A DNA stretch of 64,000 nt, taken from positions 21,700,001 to 21,764,000 of the forward strand of contig NC_043006.1 of the NCBI RefSeq assembly GCF_006345805.1, written 5' to 3'. Of this stretch, positions 41,839 to 55,140 are shown piece by piece; positions within the stretch are counted from its first letter, which is position 1, and each line of letters opens with the position of its first letter. Position numbers and translations under genes: made by a program. The notes beneath the pieces were generated by a model. It was given only the letters and a program-made list of their open reading frames with translations, was not told the origin of the DNA and searched no databases. The stretch is from Octopus sinensis. Taxonomy: Eukaryota.

Positions 41839-42540
41839 AAGTTTAAACCAGTGCTTCGCAACAACTTTTTATCTATGAACACCTTTGATTACTATTTTAT
41901 TCTGAAGGAACCTGCATAGACATTCGATGTTTAAAGACTAGTTTTATATATACACCTTTTAAAATTCCTATTGTGTTTATCACACGTTCGCTTGTTTAAG
42001 CTCATCTATGTAAAATGTGAGAGAAAGAAAATTAGCTGTTTCTTGCAATGAATACATCTAAGGCAAAATTTTTAATAGACCCTTAATATACTTCTGTGGA
42101 CCCAATTTAGTATTTTGTTTATATGAACCCCACTAAATCTTAGAACAATCAATGTCAGTGTCTGATATTTCTCCATGGTAATTGCAGTGAATTTGTCTTT
42201 AGAAGTTAAAATATGTCACAAACACATTTTAACTAGCCTAAAGCTCGCATATTCCTCATCACTGCCTACCGCTGATACTATTGTATTTATCTGGGACCAG
42301 GTGGTCTCCAAGCTCATTACAGTCACTGAGTGAATATCTGAGCAAATATACCATAATGTATAGGATACTGCTTTAATTTTATTCTGTTATTACACACACG
42401 CACACGCACACACACACGCACACACACACACACACACACACACTTACACACACACACAAACAAACATGCATACTCACACGCGGACATTCGCATCTAAACA
42501 AAAAATATTTTAACTTAAATTCTATGTATGTTTTCCAAAC

Positions 42541-42985
42541 AGGCGCAGGAGTGGCTGTGTGGTAAGTAGCTTGTTTACCAGCCACATGGTTCCGGGTTCA
42601 GTCCCACTGCGTGGCACCTTGGGCAAGTGTCTTCTACTATAGCCTTGGGCCGACCAAAGCCTTGTGAGTGGATTTGGTAGACGGAAACTGAAAGAAGCCC
42701 GTCGTATATATGTATATATATATATATAATAATATATATATATATATATATATATGCTGTGTGTGGTTGTGTGAGTGTGTTTGTCCCCCTAGCATTGCTT
42801 GACAACCGATGCTGGTGTGTTTATGTCCCCGTCACTTAGCGGTTCGGCAAAGGAGACCGATAGAATAAGTACTGGGCTTACAAAAGAATAAGTCCCGGGG
42901 TCGAGTTGCTCGATTAAAGGCGGTGCTCCAGCATGGCCGCAGTCAAATGACTGAAACAAGTAAAAGAGTAAAAGAGTAAGAGTAA
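42541..42985 (+). mobile_element. SINE family A, full length
   Basis: Complete head, internal microsatellite and tail. Confidence 0.92.
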
Positions 42986-43324
42986 TAAACATTTATCTTA
43001 CTACAACAAAAGAATAGAATCAAAATTACAGAACACCAATTCAGTATATTAATTTTCATACATTTCTGTATATCTGTAAGTTCATCAGGTAGGATTTACA
43101 TATATTTCTTTATTCCTATATAATTTTTATAGGTCTTTTTATTTTTCCTGTTTAATATATACCATTTCATGCAACCGATAAATTGCCACGAAGTTGTTTT
43201 CTATAGCTCTGAACCGGCCCAAACTGTGTACATAAACATACTTTGAACATCATATAATCAGTTACCAAAGAATGAAGAAAAGGAATCTCCAAGTACTAAC
43301 TCGGATTTCAATACACACACACAC

Positions 43325-43379
<55 letters not shown>

Positions 43380-43382
<3 letters not shown>

Positions 43383-43595
43383 ACGGGAAGCTTTATGAAA
43401 ATAGACAAAAGACGAAGGCAGGTGGAAAACAAACAAACAATTGTATTAGTATGGCGCTCAGGAAATATAAATAAAACAAGTCTTTAACGTTTCGAGCCTA
43501 CGCTCTTCAACAGAAAGATACACAGAGAGAAAAAAAACCAGAAAGAAGGAGAGAAAAAAAATGCGTGCAGTAACTAACGAATCAACATGGCGATC
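43380..43595 (-). mobile_element. Penelope-type terminal repeat with variant hammerhead (43481-43518)
   Basis: tcttt-CTGTTGA-a-gagc gtag gctc-GAAA-c-GTT^-aaaga. Confidence 0.72.
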
Positions 43596-43707
43596 TATAT
43601 TATATATATATATATATATATAGCATTCTGCCTTTTTTATAATTTTTCCTTGCTATCATTTCTCCACGTGCGGTCAACACAACCCACCATTTATTGATTT
43701 ATATATA

Positions 43708-43750
<43 letters not shown>

Positions 43751-43834
43751 CGTATATTATATACATACACACACACATAAGCATGCTAAAAAATGCATGT
43801 ATATGTGTATGTTCATGTGTATATATATACATAT

Positions 43835-43871
<37 letters not shown>

Positions 43872-44009
43872 GCTGCTGCTGTTGTTATCTCCCTTTCATT
43901 CAGTCTCTTTTTTCTGTTCATCTCGTCATGTTGGACCGTTGAACTGAACATTTTTTCTCACACCGTTTTTTTTTGTTTTGCTTGTTTTGTTTTTTTTTTC
44001 ATTGTCTCT

Positions 44010-44160
44010 CCGTTTCTTTTTTTCTTCCCCTCTTAATCCTTTCTGTCGAAGAGCGTAGGCTTCAAATGTCAAAGACTTTTCCATTCTTCCCAAGCGTTAA
44101 ACTAATACACCTGCTTGTTGTTCCTACACCTGTCTTCGTCTTTTGTTTTCTGTAAATTTG
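44010..44160 (+). mobile_element. Diverged copy of the same terminal repeat
   Basis: ctttctgtcgaagagcgtaggcttcaaatgtcaaagac; the GAAA is degenerate. Confidence 0.65.
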
Positions 44161-44167
44161 AGCTATG

Positions 44168-44530
<363 letters not shown>

Positions 44531-45454
44531 GATTCAGTATGTCTGATGACGTTGGTGTGTATGCGCGTACGAAACTTTAAATAGTGTGCAGCTGGCTCAA
44601 TCTGTTATTAAATATTTACAACTCCAAATAATGTGTTGTAGTTGTTTTCCAAGTAAACTTGTTCATATCTGTGAGTGTGTGCGTGCGTACGTGAGAGAGA
44701 GAGAGTGTGTGTGTGTGCGTGTGTGTGTATGTGTGTGTGTGTGCGTGCGCGCGTGCAAGAATTTATGTATGTGCGAACGTATGCACTAACGATATTTTAG
44801 CTGGTGCTAACGTATTTAACGTAGTTAGCATCAAAATTCAAATTAGCAATATCAATGTGATGTAGAAAAAACATTATCTTCGTTACTATTTCTATTCTAA
44901 AAATTTCCGTTGGTGAAACGAAGCAGCTTCGGACATGATTGTTTTTCTTTAGATGGCCTCGTGAAATCATAGATCTAATGCTATTTGCAAAACTGGGATG
45001 AGACAATTACTAATTAGATTTACAACATTGTACATGAAAAAGCGTAAAAAAATAATCGTCATTAATTTTAAAGAATAATCACTGACGTTAATTAATACCT
45101 CAATGAATATATCTTGCAAAAACATTGTGCACTGCACACTTACTATTAGACCAACTCATATCCATACGCAAAGATGCACTCTATTACCTACACACAAATT
45201 TGTTCATATAAATTTGTTGCTAAATCAGAGATAATTATTTAACTAGCGAAAAGAGTTGCAGCAAAATTTGTCGCTCGCTTGCTCAGGCACTTCAGTTTAT
45301 CGACCTCAGGAGGCTGAAAGCAAAATTGATATCAGAGGGATTTGAATACAAAACGTAAAGAACTGAAAAAGTACCGCAAGATAATGTGTCCAACGGTTTA
45401 AGGATTCTGCTAGTTCATTGCTCTCCGCTAGTTTAATATCAAACATTTTTATAA

Positions 45455-45668
45455 GTCAGCGGGCTGGCAGAATCGTTAGCTCACCGATCGAAATGCTTAG
45501 CGGCATTTCGTCCGTCTTTACGTTCTGATTTCAAATTCCGCTGAGGTCGACTTTACTTTCCATCTTTTCAAGATCGATAGAATAAGTACCAGTTGAGAAC
45601 TGGTTTTGATGTAACCGACTTATCTCCTCCTCCAAAATTGCTGGCCTTGTACCAAGCTTTGAAATCAA
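45455..45668 (+). mobile_element. SINE family B (short-tail variant)
   Basis: gctggcagaatcgttagc...gaggtcgactttactttccatc...aaattgctggccttgtacc. Confidence 0.8.
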
Positions 45669-45744
45669 TATACTGGTATCGATTAGTTCGATCAAAACTG
45701 GTTTATGCCTATGCATGAAATCGGCCCTTTTCTTTCCCTTCATT

Positions 45745-46137
45745 TCTTTTCTTTGCTTCAGTCATTCGAATGCAGCCATACTGGGGTACCACCTCAAAGG
45801 GTTTTAGTCAAACAAATCCGCCCCAGGATTTATTTATTAAAGTCTAGTATTTATTCTATCTGTCTTTTGCCGAACCGCAAAAGTATCGGTACGTCAAGTG
45901 GTGGTGGTTGATAAACACACAGACACACACAGACACACACACATGCAAATAAACACACACGCGCACACAATGGTGTTCTTTCAGTTTTCGTCAACCAAAT
46001 CCACTCACAAGGCTTTAGTTGGCCTGAAGCATAAAGCTATAGTAGAAGAAAGTTGTCCAAGGTGACACATAGTGGGACCGAACCTAAGTGACATGGTTGG
46101 GAAACAAGCTTCTTACCACATAGCCACACCTGTGCCT
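45745..46137 (-). mobile_element. Diverged SINE family A
   Basis: Reverse complement of family A landmarks (aaatccactcacaaggc; accacatagccacacctgtgcct). Confidence 0.8.
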
Positions 46138-46243
46138 ATTCTATATTTAGAGTATTTTCTGAATTTAGGTCTCCTTCATCAGCGCTAACCTAGTGTTCAA
46201 CTATAACATCTCTTTCATTTACTGGCAATGTATATGCAAAAAG

Positions 46244-46404
46244 TAGGAGTGGCTGTGTGGTAAGTAGCTTGTTTACCAACCACATGGTTCCGGGTTCAGT
46301 CCCACCACGTGGCACTTTGGGCAAGTGTCTTCTACCATAGCTTCGGGTCGACCAAAGCCTTGTGAGTGGATTTGGTAGACGGAAACTGAAAAAAGCCCTT
46401 CGTA

Positions 46405-46438
<34 letters not shown>

Positions 46439-46552
46439 CTAGTTTCAGCTCAGAGCTGCGGCCATGCTGATGCACCGCCGTTGAAAAATATGGAACGCTT
46501 CACGAATTGCGTGTCATCCTTATACATACATATATATATATATATATGTATG

Positions 46553-46606
<54 letters not shown>

Positions 46607-46832
46607 TATATATATATGTTTGTGTGTCTGTGTTTGTCCCCCCAACATCGCTTGACAGCCGATGCTGGTGTGCTTACGTCACCGTAACTCAGCGGTTCGA
46701 CAAAAGTGACCGATAGAATAAGTACTAGGCTTACAAAGAATAAGTCCTGGGGTCGATTTGCTCGACTAAAGGTGGTGCTCCAGCACGGCCACTGTCAAAT
46801 GACTGAAACAAGTAAAAGAGTAAAAGAGCAAA
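46244..46832 (+). mobile_element. SINE family A carrying a nested insertion in its internal microsatellite
   Basis: 5' half 46244-46403 and 3' half about 46620-46832, with a foreign 46421-46521 segment between them. Confidence 0.9.
46421..46521 (-). pseudogene. U6: Chimeric retrocopy: U6 snRNA 3' end + LINE/SINE-type 3' tail + poly(A)
   Basis: Minus strand reads AAGGATGACACGCAATTCGTGAAGCGTTCCATATTTTT (U6 3' end, one A short of the vertebrate sequence as I recall it; 46484-46521), then caacggcggtgcatcagcatggccgcagctctgagctgaaactag (46439-46483), then A18. Confidence 0.9.
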
Positions 46833-47933
46833 AGAATACACGTCACTAGCAAGTAGGTCTGGTTTAGTGGTATGAATTTTGCTTTTCACTAATTGTTTTC
46901 AGTGCCTTTGTGGTGACCAGCAGACACGGGCAATCTCTCTTTCCTCTTATATCTGACCCAGCAGAACATCGATGATGTGATGGCTGGAGGAGAGATATAG
47001 GGCTGTGCCAGCACACGGTTGCTCCTCATATCAGATGAGTTGAGTGGAACACTGTAATCAAAAGGGTTTTTTGCTCATGGACACAACCCGACGCCTTGTC
47101 TAGGAATCGAACTCGCAATCTTATGATCGTCAATCCAATCCAACATACCTAATCGCTAAACCACGCGTCATCACACCATGTATGAATGGAATATAATTCG
47201 GAGTTTCCTCTGAAATTTGATGATAATAAAATGGTTGAAAGCTAAAGTGTATTTATAATACTGCGAAGAGACTTTTTTTGTTCCCGTTGTTAATATTTGT
47301 AATTAAATGATCATTTCTGAGAGCAGTTATTTTCCCAGTGAATATGAAGTATTTAAAGTATTTGTTTAGATAAGAAGCATGATTTTCAAAGTCGTATTCA
47401 CTAATATCAATATTTTCATTTTCCGTCTTCAGACTTCACACTCTTGTATGAGATTAAAACAGAAAATAGCATGGCGGAGAGAGATTACAGTTTTCTGTGG
47501 AACAAAATATGTTGTTTTATTTTGGCTTATCATTTACACAAGAGAATTTTTTTCTTGTTTATTTTGCCAGATCATTGATTGGTCTTTGCCATGTTACTTA
47601 TCTATTCAGACGAATAAATAACTATTTTCTCGTTTCTATAATTAATAATTTTGCAGCACTTTGCTGTTTGTATGGGTTTTGTGGTAGTGGGGAGTTGGTA
47701 TAAAATAATAATTCTGTGCCGACCACTGTAACTATAAAGGTCAGCTTTTGTACGAATGCTCCACTTTATTTTGGTTTCTACACACATTTGATTATTAACA
47801 ATACGTGTGTTTGAGCTGTTAGAAATAGCAGCCAAATCTCTCTCAAATCATATCTCACAGTCTTAAAAAGAGGAAGATAATATTGAATAAAATGCGAAGT
47901 GCAGCCAGCGTTTTCTCATTATTTTCTGTGTCT

Positions 47934-48542
47934 AAGGCGGTGAGCTGGCAGAATTTCGTCTGGCGCTACGTTCTGAGTTCAAATTCCGCCGAGGTCGACT
48001 TTGCCTTTCATCCTTTCGGGGACGATTAAATAAGTACCAGTTACGCACTGGGGTCGATATAATCGACTTAATCCGTTTGTCTGTCCTTGTTTGTCCCCTC
48101 TGTGTTTAGCCACTTGTGGGTAGTAAACAAATAGGTATTTCGCCTGCCGTTACGTTCTGAGTTCAAATTCCGCCGAGGTCGACTTTACCTTTCATCTTTT
48201 CGGGGTCGATTAAATAAGTACCGTTACGCACTGGGGTGGATGTAATCGACTGGTACTCTCCCCAAAAATGTTCGGGCCTTGTGCCTAGAGTAGAAAAGAT
48301 TATTTTAGGTGCCTAAAGCGGCTAGCTGGCAGAAACGTTAGCACGCCGAGCGAAATGCTTAGTGATATTTTGTCTGTCTTTACGTTCTGAGTTCAAATTC
48401 CACCGCGGTCTACTTTGCCTTTTATCCTTTCGGGGTCGATGAATTAAGTACTAGTTGCGTACTGGGCTCGACCTAATCGACTGGCTCCCTACCCAAAAAA
48501 ATTCGGGCCTTGTGCCTAGAGTAGAAAACATTATTTTAGGTG
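47934..48542 (+). mobile_element. Tandem trimer of SINE family B units
   Basis: Three successive cores gagttcaaattcc...ggggtcgat at about 47976, 48160 and 48390. Confidence 0.85.
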
Positions 48543-49412
48543 TCTATGTAATAGCGAACAGGCGAGAATACACTCTAACTCCCCACAAAGACGTTTTTTT
48601 ACTGCTGAGTAGATTGGAGCAACAGGAAAGAAAGTGCCTTGTTTGGGGGACAACGCGCCGCTCGATACAGGAATTGAATTCACGACTTTATGATCATAAC
48701 CGAAACTTCCAACCCCCTAGAGCTATGCATTCATCATTCGGTTATGTAGTCTAATCTTCACTACATAGAAATAGGCTGGATAGTCACGACTGACATGAAT
48801 GGACATCAATTTAAAATAATATTTATAAACTAAATTTTTCTATCCTGTTTTGATGAATAAACATGGAAGTAAATCACAACTTCAGATTATATGTAAATGT
48901 CTCTGAGCGGAAGGTTTTATTTCTTATTTTCATTGCTGGATCTAGCGAGAAAGCAATCATTGGCTTTTCTAGACCGATGAGACTGGGGCCATTAAAGCTC
49001 TTTTTGAACATTTGTAAATCAACACTTTCAAAAATAAACAGGGAGGGAATTCTATGTATTTCAGTTTAAATGATTATCCGAAATAGTCCGCAGTATATAC
49101 AATAGATTAGCTTCCTCTCCAGAATGACCAGGACGAGTCATCTCTCATCTGGACACTATTACATGTGCATGGCATTTTGCGTTATTCTTTCACCATTCCT
49201 GTGATATCATTGTCTTGTTAACGAGCTTCAAACTTTCTTTTCTATATTCTTAAACCAGATATTTGTTTTTGGACATATTATTTCCTAGCTGCTGTTTATA
49301 TAATATGATGTAGCATTAACGAGTTATTGAACTAACCTTAGGTCTAGTGTTTTTGCCAATCTTCCAAGAGTTCAAGCATATTTTGTTACAGCAGCAAGCC
49401 CTAACCTATGTA

Positions 49413-49710
49413 ATCTATGTTACTATAGTTTCGATCCATCTCTCGGGAACACCTTGAATTATTCTCAACGCATTAGATCGGAGCTACAGCGTAATTCTAA
49501 AAACAAATTCATCTCCTCAACTTAGTCCAGTGGGCTAACGGTTTTTTGTAAATCTCCCAACAGCTCACGCATAGTTTATTACAGCAGACATTATCTATGT
49601 TACTATAGCTTCAATCTATCTCTAGTAAACACCTTGAAAAGTTTTCAAGCACTAGATCGCAACTACAGCGTAATTCTATAAAAAAAACTTTATCCCCAAC
49701 ACTTCATCCA
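49413..49710. repeat. Diverged direct repeat (~118 bp, 180-bp spacing)
   Basis: atctatgttactatag...acaccttgaa...tagatcg..ctacagcgtaattcta at 49413 and 49593. Confidence 0.8.
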
Positions 49711-50753
49711 GAGAAAACAGCCACATAATTGTTTCTGATGTAAGCACAATGTCTTATTTTATGCACCGACCCCGCAAGACTGAAAGGCAAAGTTGACTTT
49801 AGCGGGATTTGGACACAGAATATAAAGAGCCAGAACAAGATATTTTATCCCACGTTTAAGCATTATATTTAAGCATTAATATCTGCCTTTTCCCCCAGAT
49901 ATCCTTGTGGAGTATACCTCATTACTACATGAAAAGGAATTTATGCTGTTGCACTCCAGCTAAGTTCACCTCGGAAAACTCTTCTGTAGCTATCACTGGA
50001 ACTTATAGCAATATATGAAGAGAATGAGCAATGAAAGAAACGCATTATTTCCATCGTGCCACTTAGCACCTAATGTGCACAATGTAATGGTAAATGTTAA
50101 GCACCAAATCAATTGATAGCGTCCTGTTGTTTGCAAGACTATCTATCTCCTAAGACAACTTGATCAGGGTTGGCCTGGGCCTACACCGTAACATAAAGCA
50201 GTTGTTAAGATTTCTCTTATTTGATAATATCTTCTAATTTCTTTTCACTGTCACAAACGTAAGTACCGCTATATATAAATATGTATAGAAACGTTGTTCG
50301 TTCCCCTATTGTTATATATACGTGAGTGTTTGCGTTACTTTTGAAAGTTCATCCGGTTAAACATGCAAAAACAACTATCAAATTAATGAATAAAAGCAAT
50401 GAGATGGTTTTAAGATCATACACTTCTTTGGAACATTATCGTTTACATGTGTTTTTCAACGGGCAAATTCAATGAAACTAGTGAGATTTTGCCTGATAAG
50501 GATAAAAGCATTTTCTCTTGTGCAGTAGTATTATTTTATCACTTAGTCAGGTCCTATCATGATCCAACATCCAAAGGTTGTTATAGTTAGAAATTAAGAC
50601 AAACGAAATAAAAAATTAGATCACAGAAGAAAGCAATGAAATGAGTGATGTTTTGGTTTTTAGATGTGCTATTATCCAAGAAACCAAATTTTGGGAGTTG
50701 GAATGAGCGAAACGAATATGTAGATGCATTGAATGTCGTTATTACATATTTCC

Positions 50754-51075
50754 AAGGCGGCGAGCTGGCAAAATCGTTAGCACGCCGGGCGAAATGCGTA
50801 GCCGTATTTCGTCTGCCGCTACGTTCTGAGTTCAAACTCCGCCGAGGTCGAATCTGCCTTTCATCCTTTCGGGGTCGATAAAATAAGTACCAGTTACGCA
50901 CTGGGGTCGATATAATCGACTTAATCCGTTTGTCTGTCCTTGTTTGTCCTCTCTGTATTTAGCTCGTTGTGGATAGTAAAGAAATAGCTATTTCGCCCGT
51001 CGGTACATTTTGAGTTCAAATTCCACCGAGGTGGACTAGGCTTTCATTCTTTCAAGGTCGATAAACTAAGTATCA
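50754..51075 (+). mobile_element. SINE family B plus partial second unit
   Basis: Full unit to about 50986, then a second core. Confidence 0.88.
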
Positions 51076-51236
51076 AACTCCCTCCCCAAGTATTATTACA
51101 GGTTTCTTTTCTTAAAGCTGAACAGCCTAATTTTTTTAAGTTATTACTCTATCATACAAAATATACTTCTTTATTTTTAAATATATATTTTTGAAAGTAA
51201 TTATAAATTGAAATTCATACATATATACATACATAC

Positions 51237-51338
<102 letters not shown>

Positions 51339-51379
51339 ATAAATAAATAAATGGAGTTGAACGAAGATGTTAATAAAAT

Positions 51380-51651
51380 TCATAGGGCCGGTTTCCCGGT
51401 TTCCTTGGCGTATAGGTCCCCATCTAGACGGGACGCCGGCCCGTCGCAGGTGAGCTGCAAGATGCAAGAGGAAAGAGTGAGAGAATGTTGTGGCGAAAGA
51501 GTCAGCAGAAGTTCACCATTACCTTCTGCCAGTGTTGCGTGGAGCTAAGGTGTTTCGCTCATAAACACACACATCGCCCAGTCTGAGATTCGAACCCGTG
51601 ATCCCCCAACCACGGGTCCGCTGCTCTAACCACTAAGCCATGTGCCTCCAC
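51380..51651 (-). mobile_element. SINE family C, tail type 3
   Basis: Reverse complement of 62766-63040. Confidence 0.85.
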
Positions 51652-51712
51652 TGTCTGACATAGTACTTCTATGGAAACTCTACTATTTCCTTCTATTTAA
51701 CTCTCTCATATC

Positions 51713-51760
51713 GTCTCTGATGATGGGATATCTTTTATATCCCTGAAATGGCTGTAAGAC
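51713..51760 (+). ncRNA. Type I hammerhead ribozyme motif
   Basis: gtct-CTGATGA-t-gggatat ctttt atatccc-t-GAAA-tggct-GTA^-agac. Stem I is gtct/agac and stem II has 7 bp. Stem III is an imperfect palindrome. Confidence 0.75.
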
Positions 51761-51827
51761 TATCTTTCTCTTTATAAATCTCCTAGAAATTTCACACTAC
51801 CTTGGCATTGTTGTCTCATTTTATTTA

Positions 51828-51928
<101 letters not shown>

Positions 51929-52732
51929 TTAATAGAGCAAACTTACCGGTTACATAGACTCAAATAATTACAAGAGAGAACTAATGGTATTACAAGCCCG
52001 ACAGCTGCTTTTTGGGGTCTCCGAATTACTTCATAATTTTGGCAGACGTAGATCACTAAATATTTGCAACCAATAATGGAAGCAAACAGACATTAGAAAA
52101 AAAATCGGCCTCCTTCTTCGGAGTAGAGAAAAGAATCTAACCACATATGTGTGTGTGTGTGTGTGTGTATACAATTTAGTAACAGTTTGACTTAGCTGCA
52201 AGCAGCATAAATTTTCGTAGACTCAAAGAACGAACCTTTTCTTTCGAGATAAGTTCGTTCTTCGTGCGTACGAAGCTTCAGGTGAAATTGTTATTAAATA
52301 ACATATGTAACCCTTTGCCAAATGCGCTGAGTGCCACTGTCTTCCGTTTGTCCACTCACTCGCATGCACATGCACACACACACACACATGCACACAAACA
52401 CACACACGCAAACACACACACACATACTCACGCGCTCGCACAATCACATACACTCCCCTGGAAGAACCGGGAATTTGTTTATACTCGAAGGAATAAAGGA
52501 AGGTGAATGCGACAGAAGAAGACCAAGCTATATTTTTATTCTTTTCGTACCCGTCTGAACCTGAGTGGAAAGCTAAATTTAGCAACGAACAAACAGCTTC
52601 TTGCGAATCTCATTTCCTGTATAAATGAATTACACGTCGCCATTTGAACAGATTCGATACTTAGAATTTCCATTACATTTAATAACGTCTCCTTTTCTAT
52701 TTCAAGTAAGACTTTTCAGAAATTAATACGTT

Positions 52733-52764
<32 letters not shown>

Positions 52765-52801
52765 GTGTGTGTGTGTGTGTATGTATGCATATGCATGTAT
52801 G

Positions 52802-52862
<61 letters not shown>

Positions 52863-52867
52863 ATATT

Positions 52868-53002
<135 letters not shown>

Positions 53003-53503
53003 CATGTGTGTGTGTATGCGTGTGTGCATGTGTGTGTTTGTACATATTGAGGCAGAGTATAGACTGAAAGTAAGTCTATAAAGTACACATTTTCGTTTGG
53101 GGTTCTTATATAATTTTTTTTTCTTTTTTATTTCAAAACATTTTACTTTCGTTTCAATCGCACGCTAGAGTTGTCCTTAATCGATAAACGAATGTGACGT
53201 TGTCAAATTATAGATTTTATACAAAAATGTTTCCATGTATAAATATCACAACTCAATATTTTGACCTTACGTGAGATAACCAGCTATCTAATCTTGAACG
53301 TGATTTAGTTTCGATTTTCATTCGATACGTTTCAGTTCGCTCCTTTGTACGAGTATTGTAATGCAATTTACAATGACATGAAGTATTTAATACCACATAT
53401 CCGTTTGTTATTTTTTTTTCAAATAATACATTCTGTGACATTGTGTCTCATCACGTGATGAAGACTCTGAACTTACCAATACCTATTTTATGTATTCAAG
53501 TGA

Positions 53504-53881
53504 GTGGAGGGGCAATGGCCCAGTGGTTAGGGCAGCGGACTAGCGGTCGTAGGATCGCGGTTTCGATTCCCAGACCGGGCGTTGTGAGTGTTTATTGAGC
53601 GAAAACACCTAAAGCTCCACGAGGCTCCGGCAGGTGATGGGGGTGATCCCTGCTGTACTCTTTCACCGCAACTTTCTCACTCTTACTTCCTGATTCTGTT
53701 GTACCTGTATTTCAAAGGGCCGGCCTTGTCACTCTCTGTGTCACGCTGAATATCCCCGAGAACTACGTTAAGGGCACACGTGTCTGTGGAGTGCTCAGCC
53801 ACTTACACGTTAATTTCACAAGCAGGCTGTTCCGTTGATCCGGATCAACCGGAACGCTCGTCGTCGTAACCGACGGAGTGC
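53504..53881 (+). mobile_element. SINE family C, tail type 2
   Basis: Closely similar to 32928-33307. Confidence 0.9.
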
Positions 53882-54659
53882 TTCTCTCTCTATACAAGTG
53901 AAATGAAGGATATGATTCGTCTTTGTGAAAGTTTATATAAGCATAATAATCGGATACCTTACCTCTTTACCTGTCCAAAGCATTTTCAAAAGTTTTCTCA
54001 TAAATGTTCATGCTTGTTTTCAGACCTTTAGTTACCCCTCGTATCAGACATTCTGTATAATATAAAATCCGAGAGTAACTTGGGACATTCATAAGTCCCA
54101 ACTTACTCTGGTGGTAGGAAAAAATTGGGAATGGGGATCACATATAATGCATGAAAGTCTTGTGTATCACGTGACATACCGGACTGGCGGAATACTTCTG
54201 TCGCTTGTATCTTAAAACAGCTCTTCTTTTGCTTTAAAACACTTCTGTTTTTACTACTTTAAAGCACGTCTGCTTCTTTTACTTTAAAATACCTTTGTCT
54301 CGTTTACTTTAAGGCAGCTTTGCCATTTGGACGCTTCATGTCATTTTAAGTTGTACTACCCAATGCACGCAAGAGAGAAATTTGAATTGTCTTTGGCCGA
54401 GAATCGCATCCAAATTGCGACTGCAGTTAGCTTATCAAAACAAGAAAGATCAAAATTTTAGTAGTGTATTCGTTCTTTATTTTTTATCTGGAGGAAAGCT
54501 GTACCGACAGCCTGTACCGAAATTTACCCTATGTTAGATTAAATGGGGTAAATAGAGTAAATGCTAAATTTAGGTTAAATAGGGTAAATGTTTTTATTTT
54601 TTATTTTTCATTCACTTTTTTTATTTTTTATTTTTCATTCACTTTCAGAATTACAACAA

Positions 54660-55140
54660 TTAGTGGCTTGGAGTTTAACTGCTCTTTCTAGTGAGTCCCT
54701 CCAAAACCAGTGAGGTCGATGCCGTTAACATTTCTCTTAAACAGCTTCAATCAGTAGCCGCAAGAAAAAAATATAAGGACAATGTGGGAATAGCAAACTT
54801 CCGATATTCTGGAGAGAAAGGACTGGGTGGAACGCTTACTAAGGGATCAAACAGGGGGTGGACAAATTATGGATGGTGAGAGGTAGGGGAATAAATGGAA
54901 AGAGCTTGAGTGAAAAGAGCGTTAGACTTGTCAGTTCCGAGGTGCAGAGGATGCCGTAGCAGCTGAAGAAACGACAGACTGAAGGGATGGCAAGTCTATG
55001 GGCTAGTATTTGGAGTGTGTTAGTAAACGGCTATACATCAATTTGTCGGGGTTTCTCTTTTTGGAAGCAGTCAAGGATGTCTCTATATGTAACATCCACC
55101 CCTTTTCATATGTGGAAGCAGTACCTCGTTCTGGATATCA
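54660..55140 (-). mobile_element. Decayed CR1/Jockey-like LINE 3' end
   Basis: Minus strand reads LAHRLAIPSVCRFFSCYGILCTSELTSL...QSFLSRIS...LKLFKRNVNGIDL (cf. LSHRR..SL..FY....CSSEL...SFFPRT...FKR.VN). Confidence 0.65.

Noticed and set aside
46484-46521. Functional U6 snRNA gene
   Set aside because: Only the 3' ~38 nt are present. The 5' stem, ACAGAGA box and upstream promoter are missing, so it is a retrocopy.
47560-47730. Candidate upstream GPCR exon after ttttgccag
   Set aside because: The frames I translated give no TM1/TM2 motifs (GN..V, TN.FL.NL..SD) and they close with stops.
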